This document shows positions 25,644 to 38,525 of a stretch of DNA of 64,000 bases, in pieces. Both the position numbers and the translations under genes were made by a program. Position 1 is the stretch's first letter; each line of letters starts with the position of its first letter. The stretch comes from Geosiphon pyriformis uo1 (taxonomy: Eukaryota; Fungi; Glomeromycota). The stretch lies in the NCBI GenBank assembly GCA_016748015.1, contig JAAOMT010000741.1, positions 824,943 to 888,942 of the forward strand, in the 5' to 3' direction. Under the pieces are notes generated by a model. The model was not told the DNA's origin, searched no databases, and worked only from the letters and a program-made list of their open reading frames with translations.

Positions 25644-26522
25644 TGTTACAGGTGACAATTTCTGGTGTTGAATTAAATACAAACTCATAACTTGGTGTTC
25701 AAAGCTATTCTCATTGTTAATGATCTGAAAGTTTGATATCTGAAGGTTTTGTATCTGAAGGGTTTGGTTGAGTTCTTTGTATAATGGACAGAGATTTAAT
25801 GGTGATAGTTTTATCTGTAGCTTCTCAAAACTGCAGTTTCATCAATTTCTTTCTCAGCTTGATGGCCAGTATTCTTCCTGGTAAGCTATTCTTAATCGAG
25901 TGTTCTACCCTTATTTCTGAGTTTTTTACCAGTCATGTTTATCCTGATGTCAGTGCCCCATGTGTTAATCCTCAATAGAGTTAGTAAACAACAATAAAAT
26001 CAAAGCAAGAAAATAAAGAAAAAAACATAAAATAAGGAAAGAAAAGAAATAAGCCAAGACAATTTGCAAGTTAGTATTCCGTCAATAGCCATAATCAAGA
26101 GCTATTGTTCCAGTGTGGTTAAGTATCAATTACTATCAACATGAAGTGTTGATAGTAGAAATGAGTTTGAGATAACAAATAGTTATTTATTTAGATAATT
26201 GTGCTTTTGAAAAGTTGCTTAGATTAAATCTAAACTAAGAGGTCTGTCTTTTCAGCTTCTAATTTTGCTGCTATATATACATAATTGAGATTCCTTAATT
26301 TCTCAATTTTTCACAACAGGAATCCTGGAATTCCTGGAATCCTGCAATTCCTTTGAGAGGAATCCTGGAATTCTGGAATTCTGCGATTCCTCATCAGGGA
26401 ATCCTGAAATTCCTGGAATCCTGCAATTCCTGAGAGGAATCCTGGAATTCCACATTTACTACGCCTACTTCTGATTGGCTAATCATCATGCTAATATATT
26501 TCCTATATTTCTATGAGTAACA
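25644..26522 (-). mobile_element. Solo LTR (A-type U3 array) inserted at the start of ORF3 of element B
   Basis: tgttaca...gagtaaca termini, flanked by ttgt / tcgt, a 4-bp TSD differing by one CpG transition. B sequence is continuous across it. Confidence 0.88.
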
Positions 26523-29500
26523 TCGTGTGTACTGTGTTTTTATATATTTTTTTGGTTGTTTAATTTGATGTGTTTGGTTTGATAATCATGATTGGTTTCA
26601 GATCTCATGAAATCTTTTCTGGTTAAACTAGTATTCTTTGTACTTCCAGTTGTGAAATGTTATTAGTAGATAATGATGCTATCTGGTGATATGGTTTCAG
26701 TCAATCTCCATGTGCTGCTTTGGCTAAAATTTTGTTGTCCTATCTTAATTTATAAGCTTCATTTCCTAGAATTTCTTCTATGTGAAATAGTTCATCCCAT
26801 TTGGAATCAAATTTTTCACTCTATTGTTTTTCCGCTTTGGTATAATGTAATAGTACTTTGTTTTCAATCTTGAATTCAACTGGTTTATTTGGTAGTTGGT
26901 TATTGTGTCATTTTTTTTGTTTTTTTTATGACTTTTAGATGTTATTAACTGCTTTTCGTCGTCTGTTTTCTAGTGTTTCTATTAAGTCATATGTTCTTTT
27001 CAACAATGTTTCTTGGAAATTATTTTCTGTTATTAGTTCAGTTGGATATGTATTGACCTCTATTTCAACTGGTAATGTTGCTGTTCTACCATATACCAAT
27101 TCAAATGGTGTTGTTTATGTGGTATCTTGCTTTATTGTCCAATAAACAAATAATACTGATGGTATAAACAAATCTCATTTGTCCTGGTTTTTTTGACTAA
27201 TCTTGACAATTGCTTCACACAGTGTTCTATTGAATCTTTCAACTAATCCATTGGTTTGTGGATGGTATGGTAATAACAATGGTCTTTTAATTCCAAATCT
27301 TTGACTTAGTTCTGTCAATGTTCTGTTCACAAAGTGGGTTCCTTAATCTGATAGTAGTTCTTTTGAACATCTATGTCAACAGATCAAATTTTGATGGATG
27401 AATTTGGCAATGGATTCTGCATCTGCTCTTTGAATGACTTTTGCTTCTAGTCATTTAGTAAGATAGTCCATGGCTACTGCAATATATCTGTTGCCTCTGC
27501 TGGTAATTGTTAATAATCTTACTAAGTCAATCCCAATTCGATTGAATGGTTGTCCTATTTTGATTGGTCTCAATGGTTTACTGGGTTTTGTTCCTTCTCT
27601 TCTCTGATAAGCATCACAATTTTGAATATATTGGATGATGTCTGGATACATTGATGGCCAATAGTATTTTTTTCTAGTTCTTTCTATGGTTGCTTCTTTA
27701 TGAAAATGTCCTGCTGTTGAATCTAAGTGTATGTTGAACAATATTGTCTCTTTTTTTGGTTTTGTAATTACTTTTGTTGGCTGGTCCAGAGTTCTTCTGT
27801 TTTTCTGGTAAAGTATATTTTGATGATTGATAAAATATTTGATTGTTGTTTTATGTTGTTTTGTTTCTTTTGAGATAATTTTTTCTTGAACAATTGGGTA
27901 TTTATATAATGTTAAAGTTGTTGATATTTTTGTATATTTATCTTTTGTTATATTTTTGGGTTGAAATGTTTTTAGATTTGTCTCATTTGTGACAAACCAT
28001 CAGCATTTCTATTGTTTTTTTCTTTTTTATAATGTATTGTATAATTGAATGGTGACAGTTCTATTTTTTATCTGGCATGGTAGTTATCTCCAAATTTTTG
28101 CTTCTGAATTGAAGTCAATCCTTTGTAATCCATATATATTTCAAACTTTTGGCTCAAGTATTTTTTTTATTTCATAACTGTCTAATATATTGCTAAGTGT
28201 TCTAATGCTGGTGTTCCATAGTTCTTTTCAGCTGGATTTAAGCTTCTACTGGCATAAACTACTAGATGTTTTTTTCTATCTGGTTTTTTCTGTAATAGTA
28301 TTGCTCTCAATGCTTGACTTGATGCATTAGTAGTAATGATGAATGACTTGCTATGATCTGGATAGATCAATACTGGAGCTTGAATAAGCTTTTTTCTTGA
28401 AATATTAAAAGATTTTTGCTGGGTTTCTGTCTATTCATACTTGATGTTTTTCATTTGAAGCTGGTGCAATGGTTGAGCTATTTTGGAAAAGTCTTTGATA
28501 AAGTGGCAGTAGTATCCAGCAAATCCTAAAAATGCTTTCAATTCTGTGAGATTATTTGGTACTGGAAAGTTTTTAACAGTCTCTATTTTATCTGGATCTG
28601 TTTTGATATTGTCTTTGTTCACAACATGTCCCAAAATTTGAGTTCAGTTTTTTCAAAAAAGCATTTAGTGGTATTTAGCTTTAATTCCACTCTTCTTAAC
28701 CTTTCAAATACTTGTTAAAGATAATGTAGATGATCATCGAATGTTTTGGAAAACACATTGATGTCATCTAAGTAAATAACTACTAATTTTTACAGTAGTT
28801 TAGTATAGACAATTTCTATAAGCCATTGGAATGTTGCTGGAGCATTAAGCCAAATAGCATGATTTCAAACTCAAAATTTCCCTTTTTAATGGTAAATGCT
28901 GTTTTTTCTTTGTTGGCTGGATGTATGGCTACTTGCCAGTAACTACTATTTAAGTCCAGTGTTGAAAACTATTTATTTACTCCAAAAGCATCGAATAGTT
29001 CTTGGATCTTTGAAGTTGAATAACTATCACTTTTAGTTACTCTATTCAGTTTTTAATAGTCCACACAAAAACAGATCTTTCTATTTTTCTTTCAGACTAG
29101 TACTACTGGTAATAATCATGGGCTTATTAATGGCTGAATTAACCCATTGTCAAGCATTCAATTAATTTCTTGACAAATGATTTCATGGCTGGCTGGTAGT
29201 ACTCTATATGCTCTTTGTTTTATTGACATTACATCTCCAGTCTTGATTTGGTGCTGAATTATGTTGGTGCAGCCAAATTCATTTTTATTAGCAAAGATGT
29301 TATTGAAATTGTTGAGTAATATCTTAAGTTGCATTCATTGAAGTGGATTTAGATTTCCTATGTTCATCTGTTCCAATTGTTCTGATTGGAGCAGATAACA
29401 TTCACTTCATCTATAGATGGTTTGTGATGTAATGTCCATATATCTGCAAAACTGTGGAAAATCTGGAATGTGGTTTGGTGGTTGATTCTTAACTTTAGTG

Positions 29501-29794
29501 GTTAAATATCTAATGATGGTTCTTTTTGATATTTCAATGACATTTTCCATTGTGTTATAGATGAAAATTTTGATATTTTTGGGGTTTTTGGCTGATATGT
29601 AAAGATTAATGAGTCTAATCTTTCCTGATTCACAAATGGTGGCTTCCACTTTAAACAACTGAGCTTGATTCTTTACTTCTCTTTTTATGGTTAACATATA
29701 CTGGTCATATAATGGAATGGAAATTAATTGATGGGTTGAGATAATTTCTCCTTTGTCAATAACTTCTTCCTCTGCCATATTAACTGATACATCT

Positions 29795-30192
29795 ATTCTA
29801 CTTGTTGATTCGAATCCCTGTATTCTTCTAGCTGTGATCCCTAGTTCTTTTCTGTTTTCTACTGAGACTAATTGAGCTACTTTTACCAAAGATAAGAATA
29901 TTGCCTGTGCTATCTTTTCATTTGGATCTATGATATATGCTTTTTCTGAGTCATTTTGTAGCATAGCAATGATATTTTTTATGTATCTTGCATCAATTAT
30001 TTTTTTTCTGATGTTGATTCCTTTTTTGGCTAAGCTATTCCTAAATGCTAGTTGAATCATTGTTGTTGCTAGAATTTTCAATACTATTTTCAGATCAATA
30101 CAAATACATGAATATGGTTCCAATTTGATGGGATTTTTCTCTTGATATTTCAGATCAAACTCTGCATCAGTATCATGCGTGCGTTTAGGCAT
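29795..30192 (-). pseudogene. dut: dUTPase domain of element B
   Basis: HDTDAEFDL, QLAFRNSLAKKGI, IIDARY, EKIAQ and ARRIQGFESTS in ORF 29407..30192. Confidence 0.9.
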
Positions 30193-33100
30193 AATATTTT
30201 TATTATTATTGCTGAACTATTTTAGTTCTTGTTTCTTGGTGAGATCAAGGAGTGCAATATATGCTTCAGGGTTTGAATCAGAGTCTAAATTGTTGTTATT
30301 TTCATTGCCATATTGAGCAGAGCTGGAACCATTGTTTTTGTCATTATTGTTGTCGAAGTTTGAATTGGGATTGAAAGTTGATCCTGACTCTGATGCATAG
30401 CTGCTGATTGGTTTTTTTTTCTTTGGGATTGTGTAGATCATACATGGTGGTAGATTGTAAATGAGATCACACTCATTACAATATTGGAAGTCACAAGGAA
30501 TTAAGCAGTGTTGACATAGTCGAATATTCAATTGTTTTAGGCAGTGCTTCTGCTCTTCTCTAGTGGGTGCTAATTCTTGGTAGTGTTTATGAAATTATTT
30601 CAAGTCTAAAAGATTTATGATTGGTTCTGAGTTTCAGTCAAGTTCTATGGGTTCTGAGGAGTTGTTTTTAATTTTTCTGATTTTTTCAGATAATGCTCCT
30701 TTTATCTTGGCTATTGCTATTCTCTATATTTTGTTGTCATCGTGTAGACAATTGTCTAATTGCTATATAGCTCTTCTCCAGGTGGCTTCAATTGGTGTTC
30801 CTTTCTTGACCCAATCACTGATGAGAATTGTGTACTTGCACAAAGTGTTACACGTTTCTCCTCAACTAGAAATGTTGTTTCACAATTCATTATCAAGTAA
30901 GATTTCTCTACAAACTAGGCAAGGTTTTTTGTCCCATTTTCCTTGCCATTTTGGTCATTCAAAGCATTCTATAATGCATGCATGGTAGTAAAATTTGGTT
31001 GCCATTTGGTATTTTTTATCATTGCTACAGCATGCACCTATTGACAACAATTTCTTACTGCAATCAATGCATATCAGCTTTGGTCAACAATAACTTGATC
31101 ATTGTAGTGGTATATATGTGTAAAAAGTGTAAATGGCAGTTAGTAATGACTCTTCCTCTTTCACTTTTCCTTTCCCTTTCTTTCTCTCATCTTATTCCCA
31201 AGTTATCAGTTCTTTTGAATTGTAGTTGGTTTCTCAGAGTTAGTTGGTGTTCCAAATAAATTTTTTCTTCTGCTTTCCTTTGTTGTTGTTGTCTCAGAAG
31301 AGTATTGGTGGCAACTCATTGTGGTCTTTATTGGCCCAGGACACTTGATAGGCTTCCCAAGTAGGTTTCTTTTATTCTTTCTCAAATTCAATAAGAGGTG
31401 TTGGCATGTTGGAGGTTTTGAAATGGCCACATGTGGTTGGTACTTGTGTGTGTTGACTGTTCTGGCTGAGTTGGAGTTCCTGTATTGTCCAGTCTAGTAT
31501 GGCATTGGTTTTAGATAATCAGTTATTTCCTACCAATGCTTGATATTGAGTTGTTTCTATTACTAGGACTTTGATGAGAATGATGACGCCATTGACTTCA
31601 AAAGAAAAGTCATCAATTTTACCAATAGGAGTTTTAGTTGTCCCATCAGTGGTGATTACATAAGTGCTAGCAGCACAATCAACTCAGTGACTTAATTGGT
31701 CCATGAGTTGTTGTGTAATGATGCTGTCAGCTGATCCACTGTCTAGTATCAGCTTAATAGCATGACCATCAATCTTTACATCAGTGTACATGACTGTAAT
31801 CAGTTTGGTGTCAAGAGTGGCTCCACTGAATAATGGGACTGTTGTGGTTTCCTCAAATTTAAAAGGAAAAATAGCTGCTAAAGATTTGTCATGGGAGATG
31901 GTTGCTGGTAGAATATTGCTAGTAAGTGACTGTTTCTGGCTGGATTCCAGGTTGTTGGATGTGGCGTCTTCTGGGATAACCAGGAAACTTAAATAGTATT
32001 GGGAATTTGGACTTTGGGCATACTCAGTGCCCAAATTGTATTGTCAAAATCCCAATTGTTGCATTGAAGAACTAGGGATTGGTTAATAGACTATCATTGA
32101 CAATCTCCAGTTTTGTTGTGTCAGTCTTGGCTTTTGTGTTCCATTTCGAGGTAAGTTCTGTGACAGTGTTTGAATTGGTTAAGGCTGATAAATTACCTAA
32201 GACTGTGACTGATAAATAGGTTGAGACTGCAGTTGATAAATAACGGAGTTTGTTGGCTGATAAGTTGGTGGTTAATAGATTGGCTGTTGTGTCATAGATA
32301 GGTAGTTCGGTTGATATAGTGCTAAGTTGGGTTGATAGTTCGGAGCTTGAAACCAGCAATCGAAGTTTCAATATTGATTTCCTGATCATGGGTCATTATT
32401 ATAAAATTGGTAGTCAGCTCTAATGTGGTTTTGTTTACCACAGTTATGGCAGACATGCATTTCTTATTGTCACAGCTGATTTGACAATGGATGCAATTGA
32501 TTTTTGAAATGATTTGTGTTTCCTAAATTATTGCACCATTGTAGTGGTTGTTAAATTGCATAATTGTCAGCTAAGTATCCTTTCAATTTCTGATTAATTG
32601 ATTCACTGAATTGTTTCAATTTGGAATCCAAGTTAGATAAACCATTTATGACTAGATTAATGGCTTGGGCATAGTTTGCTTCAAGTTCTGCCAATTCAAA
32701 ATCTCTCGCATTAGTGACTGCATTTTGGAGAGTTTGTGGATACATTGGACATATGCATTGAAGAAGGCTACTGCACAGTCTATGGATAAACTGGTTTAGG
32801 ATCTGTGGCACTGTAAAATAATCAGCCTGAATTGCTTAAATTTGGCACAAGTTCCTGTGGAAGCATCCCAAGTAAGTGCTAACTGTTTTAGTTTTTTCTT
32901 GTTTAATTGTAGTAAAAGTGTTGGCCAGGCAATTAATGCTGTTATTATTACTGAAATATCCCAAGAATACAGTTTTAAATTCCTGGAATGTTTGAGGTTT
33001 AATGGCTAGACTCTAATACCACAAGTTGGTAGTATCCTGTAAAAAATAGGAAATTGCTTGAAGGGTTCTGTTATCATTCTACCCATTGACTGCAATAGCT

Positions 33101-34160
33101 TTTTTCACATCATTAAACTATACTTGGACATCATCTTCTTTGCTAGTAAATTTTTCTATTTTAGTGATTGGAACATAAGCCATTAGTTGTTGTTGTGGTT
33201 GCTGCTAGATTTGTTGTTGGAGTAGCAGTTGTGACTGTTGTTGCTGTTCGGCAATTGGTGGAGCTGGTGGTGGATTGATCACAATTACTGGAGGTAAGTA
33301 TTGGTTAATTATGTCAGAGTTTTGATTGTTTTGATTTTTCAGAGTTTGATTAACTGGAGTTTTAATTTTTGAATTTTCTAGGATTGGGTTTTGCTTATTA
33401 ACTTCCTGATCGCTACTTTTTTCTTCCTCAGAGTTGATTATTTCTCTAGGATTAATGGCTTCAAAATCTGGTTGTGGTGGTGGTAATTGAATTTCTGATG
33501 GCATTGGGGATCATAATTTAAATCCCTCGAAAAAATTGCTGTATGTTCTTAATAACTTTGCTTTCTTTTGTTTACTTTAGAATGAGATTTTGTTTAGCGG
33601 TGTTGTCATGTTTGTTGTAGTACTTATTATATTGATAGTGCTTCTGGGTGTATAGTAATATGATGGATTAGCAGGTGAATCAAATCTTTGTTTCTTCCAA
33701 GTGGGTAGTTGGATTTGCTTTGAGATTTCTGCTGGTGTTTGTAGCCTTCTTTTTTTTTATCAGCAAACATAATAGGAAATCTTTGTTTGGTGTATTTTTC
33801 AATTTCCCTGTTTATTTTTTTAATTAAGAGTGCAAATAGATAGTTTTGTGAAAGAGTGGTGCTTTAGAGCAATTCACTGAAGAAGTTGTTGAAGACGGAT
33901 TTTGGATTTTCTTGGCCTCCTAAATGGTATACAATTCTCTCGTTGACGTAGCAATTGAAAGCTGATTCTGTTGGCCAACTATTATTTGTTAATCCGAAAT
34001 GAGTATGATAGTATTGGAATAAAAATTTTGCAAATCTCAAGTGGTTTGTTCTTATTTTTTCAGATTCTGCCACTGTTTGGATAGAGTTGTTGGTGCTGGT
34101 TCTCTGTAAAATTATATCTCACAGGGAGCACCAAATGTTACAGATGATTATTTGGGATCT

Positions 34161-37100
34161 ACAGTAATATCTTTTAGCAAGAGTTAACACAGAAAGTTTA
34201 TTAAGTTTTACCAAAAAGTCATTAATTTATTTGAAAAGAAGTGCAACAAATACTTAATAATAAGTTTATTTAACTATTAATAAGTTTATAAACTTTGCTA
34301 GTAGTTTTTATTAAAAAGAAAAATGGAAAAATTTATTTTTGCATTAATTATTACCAACTAAATAATGTTATAATTAGAGATGTTTATTATTAATAACATG
34401 TTAAATGCTCTTAAAAATTCAAATACTTTTCAATATTGAACTTAGAAAATAGATATTGATAAGTTATAATAAATTCTAAATATTATTCAAAATAGTTTTT
34501 ATTATACAAGAAGAAAATTACAAGTTTAACATAATATTTTTGGATTATACAATACACTAGCAATATTCTTATAACTCATAAATATTGTTTATGTTGAATT
34601 TTTTTAAAAGTTAATAGTTGTTTACTTAGATAATACTAATGTTTATTTATTATTATTTGAAGCTTACTTAATTTATTTGTGAAAAGTTTTTCAATAATTA
34701 TAAAAAACAAAATTAAAACTAAATATTAAAAAATGCTATTTCAGAAAAACAAGCTTGGTTTTTTAAGTTATATAGTTAATAAACAAAAAGTCAAACCTAA
34801 TACAAAAAAAATTGGTATAGTTAAAAATTTTGAAATTTTTTGAAATACTACTAAATAAAAAGAATTAGCATCACATTATTAAAAATTCATTAAAAAATTT
34901 TTTGAAATTGTCAAACTACTTAATTATCTTACCAATAAAGAAATTAAATATTAATAAATCCAAAAACAACAAAATATTTTTGAGAGTTAATAAAAAACTT
35001 ACAATAATTTTAATTTTTGCTTATTTTGATTTTAGCAAAATATTTTAACTGGTTATTGATGTTTTATATATAGCTTTTAATTTCATTTTATCTTAATTAA
35101 ATAACAATAGCAATAAATAAGTAATTGTTTATGCTAATAGAACATTAAAGCCAACAAACAAAATTTACTCTGCCACCAAATTAGAAACAACAGCAGTAAT
35201 CTGAACTTTTTATTATTTTGATTTGTATTTCAAGTCCAAAAAATTCGATATTATTACTAATAATATTAGATTCAAATAACTACAAAGCAAAAACTTAAAA
35301 CTAAATATCAAACAAACTTAATAAACCTAATTTTTTGCAAACTACTAATATATTATATATCACAAACTAAGAAAACTTTACATAAATATTAAAACCCAAA
35401 AACCAATTAGTCCAATAATAATAACATACAAAACAATAATAATAAATCTTGAAAAATACAACAATCTCAAACACTACTTGAAAACACTTATAACACCAGA
35501 AATTTGGTTTTTAAGTAAAAAACATTAATTATAAAACCAAGCAAAACACTACTTTTTATACAATAATATTATTTATTAATAAAATTACAAAAACTTAGAT
35601 AATTTATTCAAAGTAATCCAAGAAAATGAAAAGAAACAATCTTATACAATATGTACTCAGATCTGTTTTTAACACATTTTGGAAAAAATAGCACCACTCA
35701 AAAAACACTAAAATATTACTTTTAGTCTTAAATAAAAAAAAATATTCACTAATATGTCAAATCTTATAATAATTGTCAAAAAAAAAATAATTCAATTAAA
35801 ATTGGACAACTTTTTAATCAAGTTAATATTGCTTTAATTGAATCACTACTTATCACAACTCAAAAAAACTAATATATTGTAATTGTAATAGATTATCTTA
35901 CTAAATAGTCTAAAATAAGAGCAATACAATAAGCAGATGCAATATTAGTAGCAAATTTTATCTATGAAAACATTATTTGTAAATATAAATGCCCAATTAA
36001 ACTTTTATTTAATCAAAAACATATTTTGTAAACAATTTAATACAAAAAATTTGTGAACAATTCAATATTAAAAGACATTTATTTTCATTCTATTATCTAC
36101 AAATAAATAAACTTGTAGAATATTTTATCAGTATTATTAACATATAAAGCAATAAAACAAAATATAGTAAAATATATATTATTTGATCTAACTTATAAAA
36201 AAACAATAATATTACCAATTAATTTTATTGTAAAACTCTATCTAGATTAACCAATTACAGAGAACAACTTTTAAGAAACACTGCAAAGAAAAGTTTTTAT
36301 ACTTTTTAGTATATTGAAAAAAAAATAACAAATTGTAGTCTTTTATATAAAACAATTTCAAGCTCAACAAAAAAATAACATAATAGCAAACTACTACCAG
36401 CTACTAACAAATTTAAAGTTGGAAACTTTGTTTTTTTACATAAAACTAAAACTAAAAAACAATGGAGTAAAAAATTTGATTACAAATAGGATAAACTATT
36501 TTATATATACAAAATTTTAGAAAATAAATCATGTAAGTTAAAATTTGATAATAAGATTTTAAAGAAAGTTGCACATAATAACAAACTTAAATACTATATT
36601 TCAGAACCAATTTCGAACTCATAATTTTACAAATTAGTACACAATTCTTTTTGATTAATTCTAAAGATATTTTTTAAAACTTAGAACCAATATTTGTTAT
36701 TAAACAACTTCCAAATTTGAGTATTTAATAATTATATTAATTTATTTTATCTTTATATTAGTAAGAAAAAATTTTACAAAAATAATTAAAAATTATATAA
36801 AAAGCAAAAACAAAAATTATATAAAAACTTATTTATCAAAAATAATTTTATTCTTTTTTATTATTTAGTTAGCTTATTATAACTATTTTTAAAAACATTC
36901 AACAATTATTTCAAAAATTAATGTTAGTCTTAAAAATACTATTTAAATTATAAATAATTATTACTAAAAAACATATTAATTACATTTAAACAGAATTTGA
37001 TACAATTTTAATCACAAATTCAAAAAATTACTACTTTTATAAAAGAAATACAAGAAGTTATTTTAGAATTTATTTACCAGAACTCTTATAGCAAGCCTTA

Positions 37101-38525
37101 AAAAAGAATTTAATATTTATCTCTATTGATTTTTTACTAAATATTACAATTTAACAAAAACTTTAACAGTGTCTTAATAAACAAAACAATAAATATCTTC
37201 CAATTATAGAGATTTTTATATTAAAAAAATGCTTGATAAAAGAAAACTGAAGCTCAAAACAGCAAGCCTTATATTTAAAGCTATTTAAAAACAACTTTAC
37301 AATAAATTCAAGACAACAATCAGACTAACAAATACCTATTACAAACTTAGAACAGCTTTTAGACTTTATAACTTATTTTACACTTGTGAAAATATTATAC
37401 AACATCTAATTTTACAAACTCTGAAAATTCAATAATTGAAAAGCTTACAAAACTGAAATTTTAACAATTTTCAGACAATAATTTTGGATTACTATCTGAA
37501 AATTACAGACAGTATTTGAACTTCAACAGAGTTCAGTCTTGAAGAAATAATTATATTACCAGCCAAAATTTGAAAGATTAATTAACATAAAATTATCTCT
37601 ATAATTCTTATCATTAATTTATATATATTATTATTTCAATTTATTATTTAGCATTTTATCAAATTATCCGAATTATTATTTAATTAATAACTTAATTTGT
37701 ACCGAATACAAATGAAACCAAATTGCAATGATCAGATCATTTAATACACCAACCTATATAATATTTAAAATTCGCTAAAAGATTTAGTAATTTGACAAAA
37801 TATTTAACAATTTACTAAAATAATCTATAATTCAAAAAAATAACTTGTAATTTGACAAAATATATCTTTAGTTCGTGAAATATCAGAAAAAAAAGTGTTA
37901 AATCATAAAATAGTACTATAAAAAGTTGTATAAAAAAGGAGCTTCTTTTTTCAAAAAATATATCTTAGTTAGAATCAATCTTATTAACTCAAGATATCTT
38001 CTATTGAAATAATTCTTACAAATTAAATAAAACTTACTTTGAAAAACAAATTTTCTATTTATTTTTGCTTTGAAATCAATTATTCTATACTAACATTTTA
38101 AAATTAATTAATTACCAATTTTAGTAATTATTAATAACTTCTAGACTTGAATTCAAAATGACTTTTTTAACACATTTCTTATTTTTTTTTGGTTTATTTT
38201 TTTTATAATATTAAATAGTCTACAGTCAAAATTTCTTGTAAAAAGTTGACTTTTACAGCAAAGTAACTAAATCTTAATTGAAAAGTTTATAGACAAAATT
38301 TTTCTGTAAAAGAATTGATTTTTACTGCAAAGTAACTATACAAATAATTAGTATAAAATTGGTTATTCTATTATAAGCCCGACAGCATACACAATTCAAA
38401 GTATAAAGAGATACTTTGAAAGAAGAATTAGCTTATTAAAAGTTCACTAACTTTTATTAACAACAAAATTAGCAGAAAAATAACATTAATAATGTCAAAA
38501 AAGAATAAAAAAACCTTTAGTAACA
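34161..38525 (+). mobile_element. Older, strongly decayed Ty3/gypsy element C (RT-RH-IN-ORF3-PPT-3' LTR 37554-38525); 5' part deleted
   Basis: Remnants KKNGKIYFCINY, VYLDNTNVY, VYANRTLKP..YSATKLETTAVI, IDYLTK, and KQWSKKFD (GPF region). The LTR ends ...cctttagtaaca and resembles the 18829-19724 insert. Confidence 0.8.

Larger units (their letters stand above)
24092..34160 (-). mobile_element. Ty3/gypsy LTR retrotransposon B (same clade as A), inverted; only ~25 bp of its 5' LTR remains
   Basis: Minus-strand gag, PR (LILDSGSADSII), dUTPase, RT (YLDD at ~28760-28774), RH and IN (HLDSTAGHFH, IGIDLV). PBS at 34118-34133, LTR stub at 34136-34160, 3' LTR at 24092-24972 with the adjacent PPT. Confidence 0.95.
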
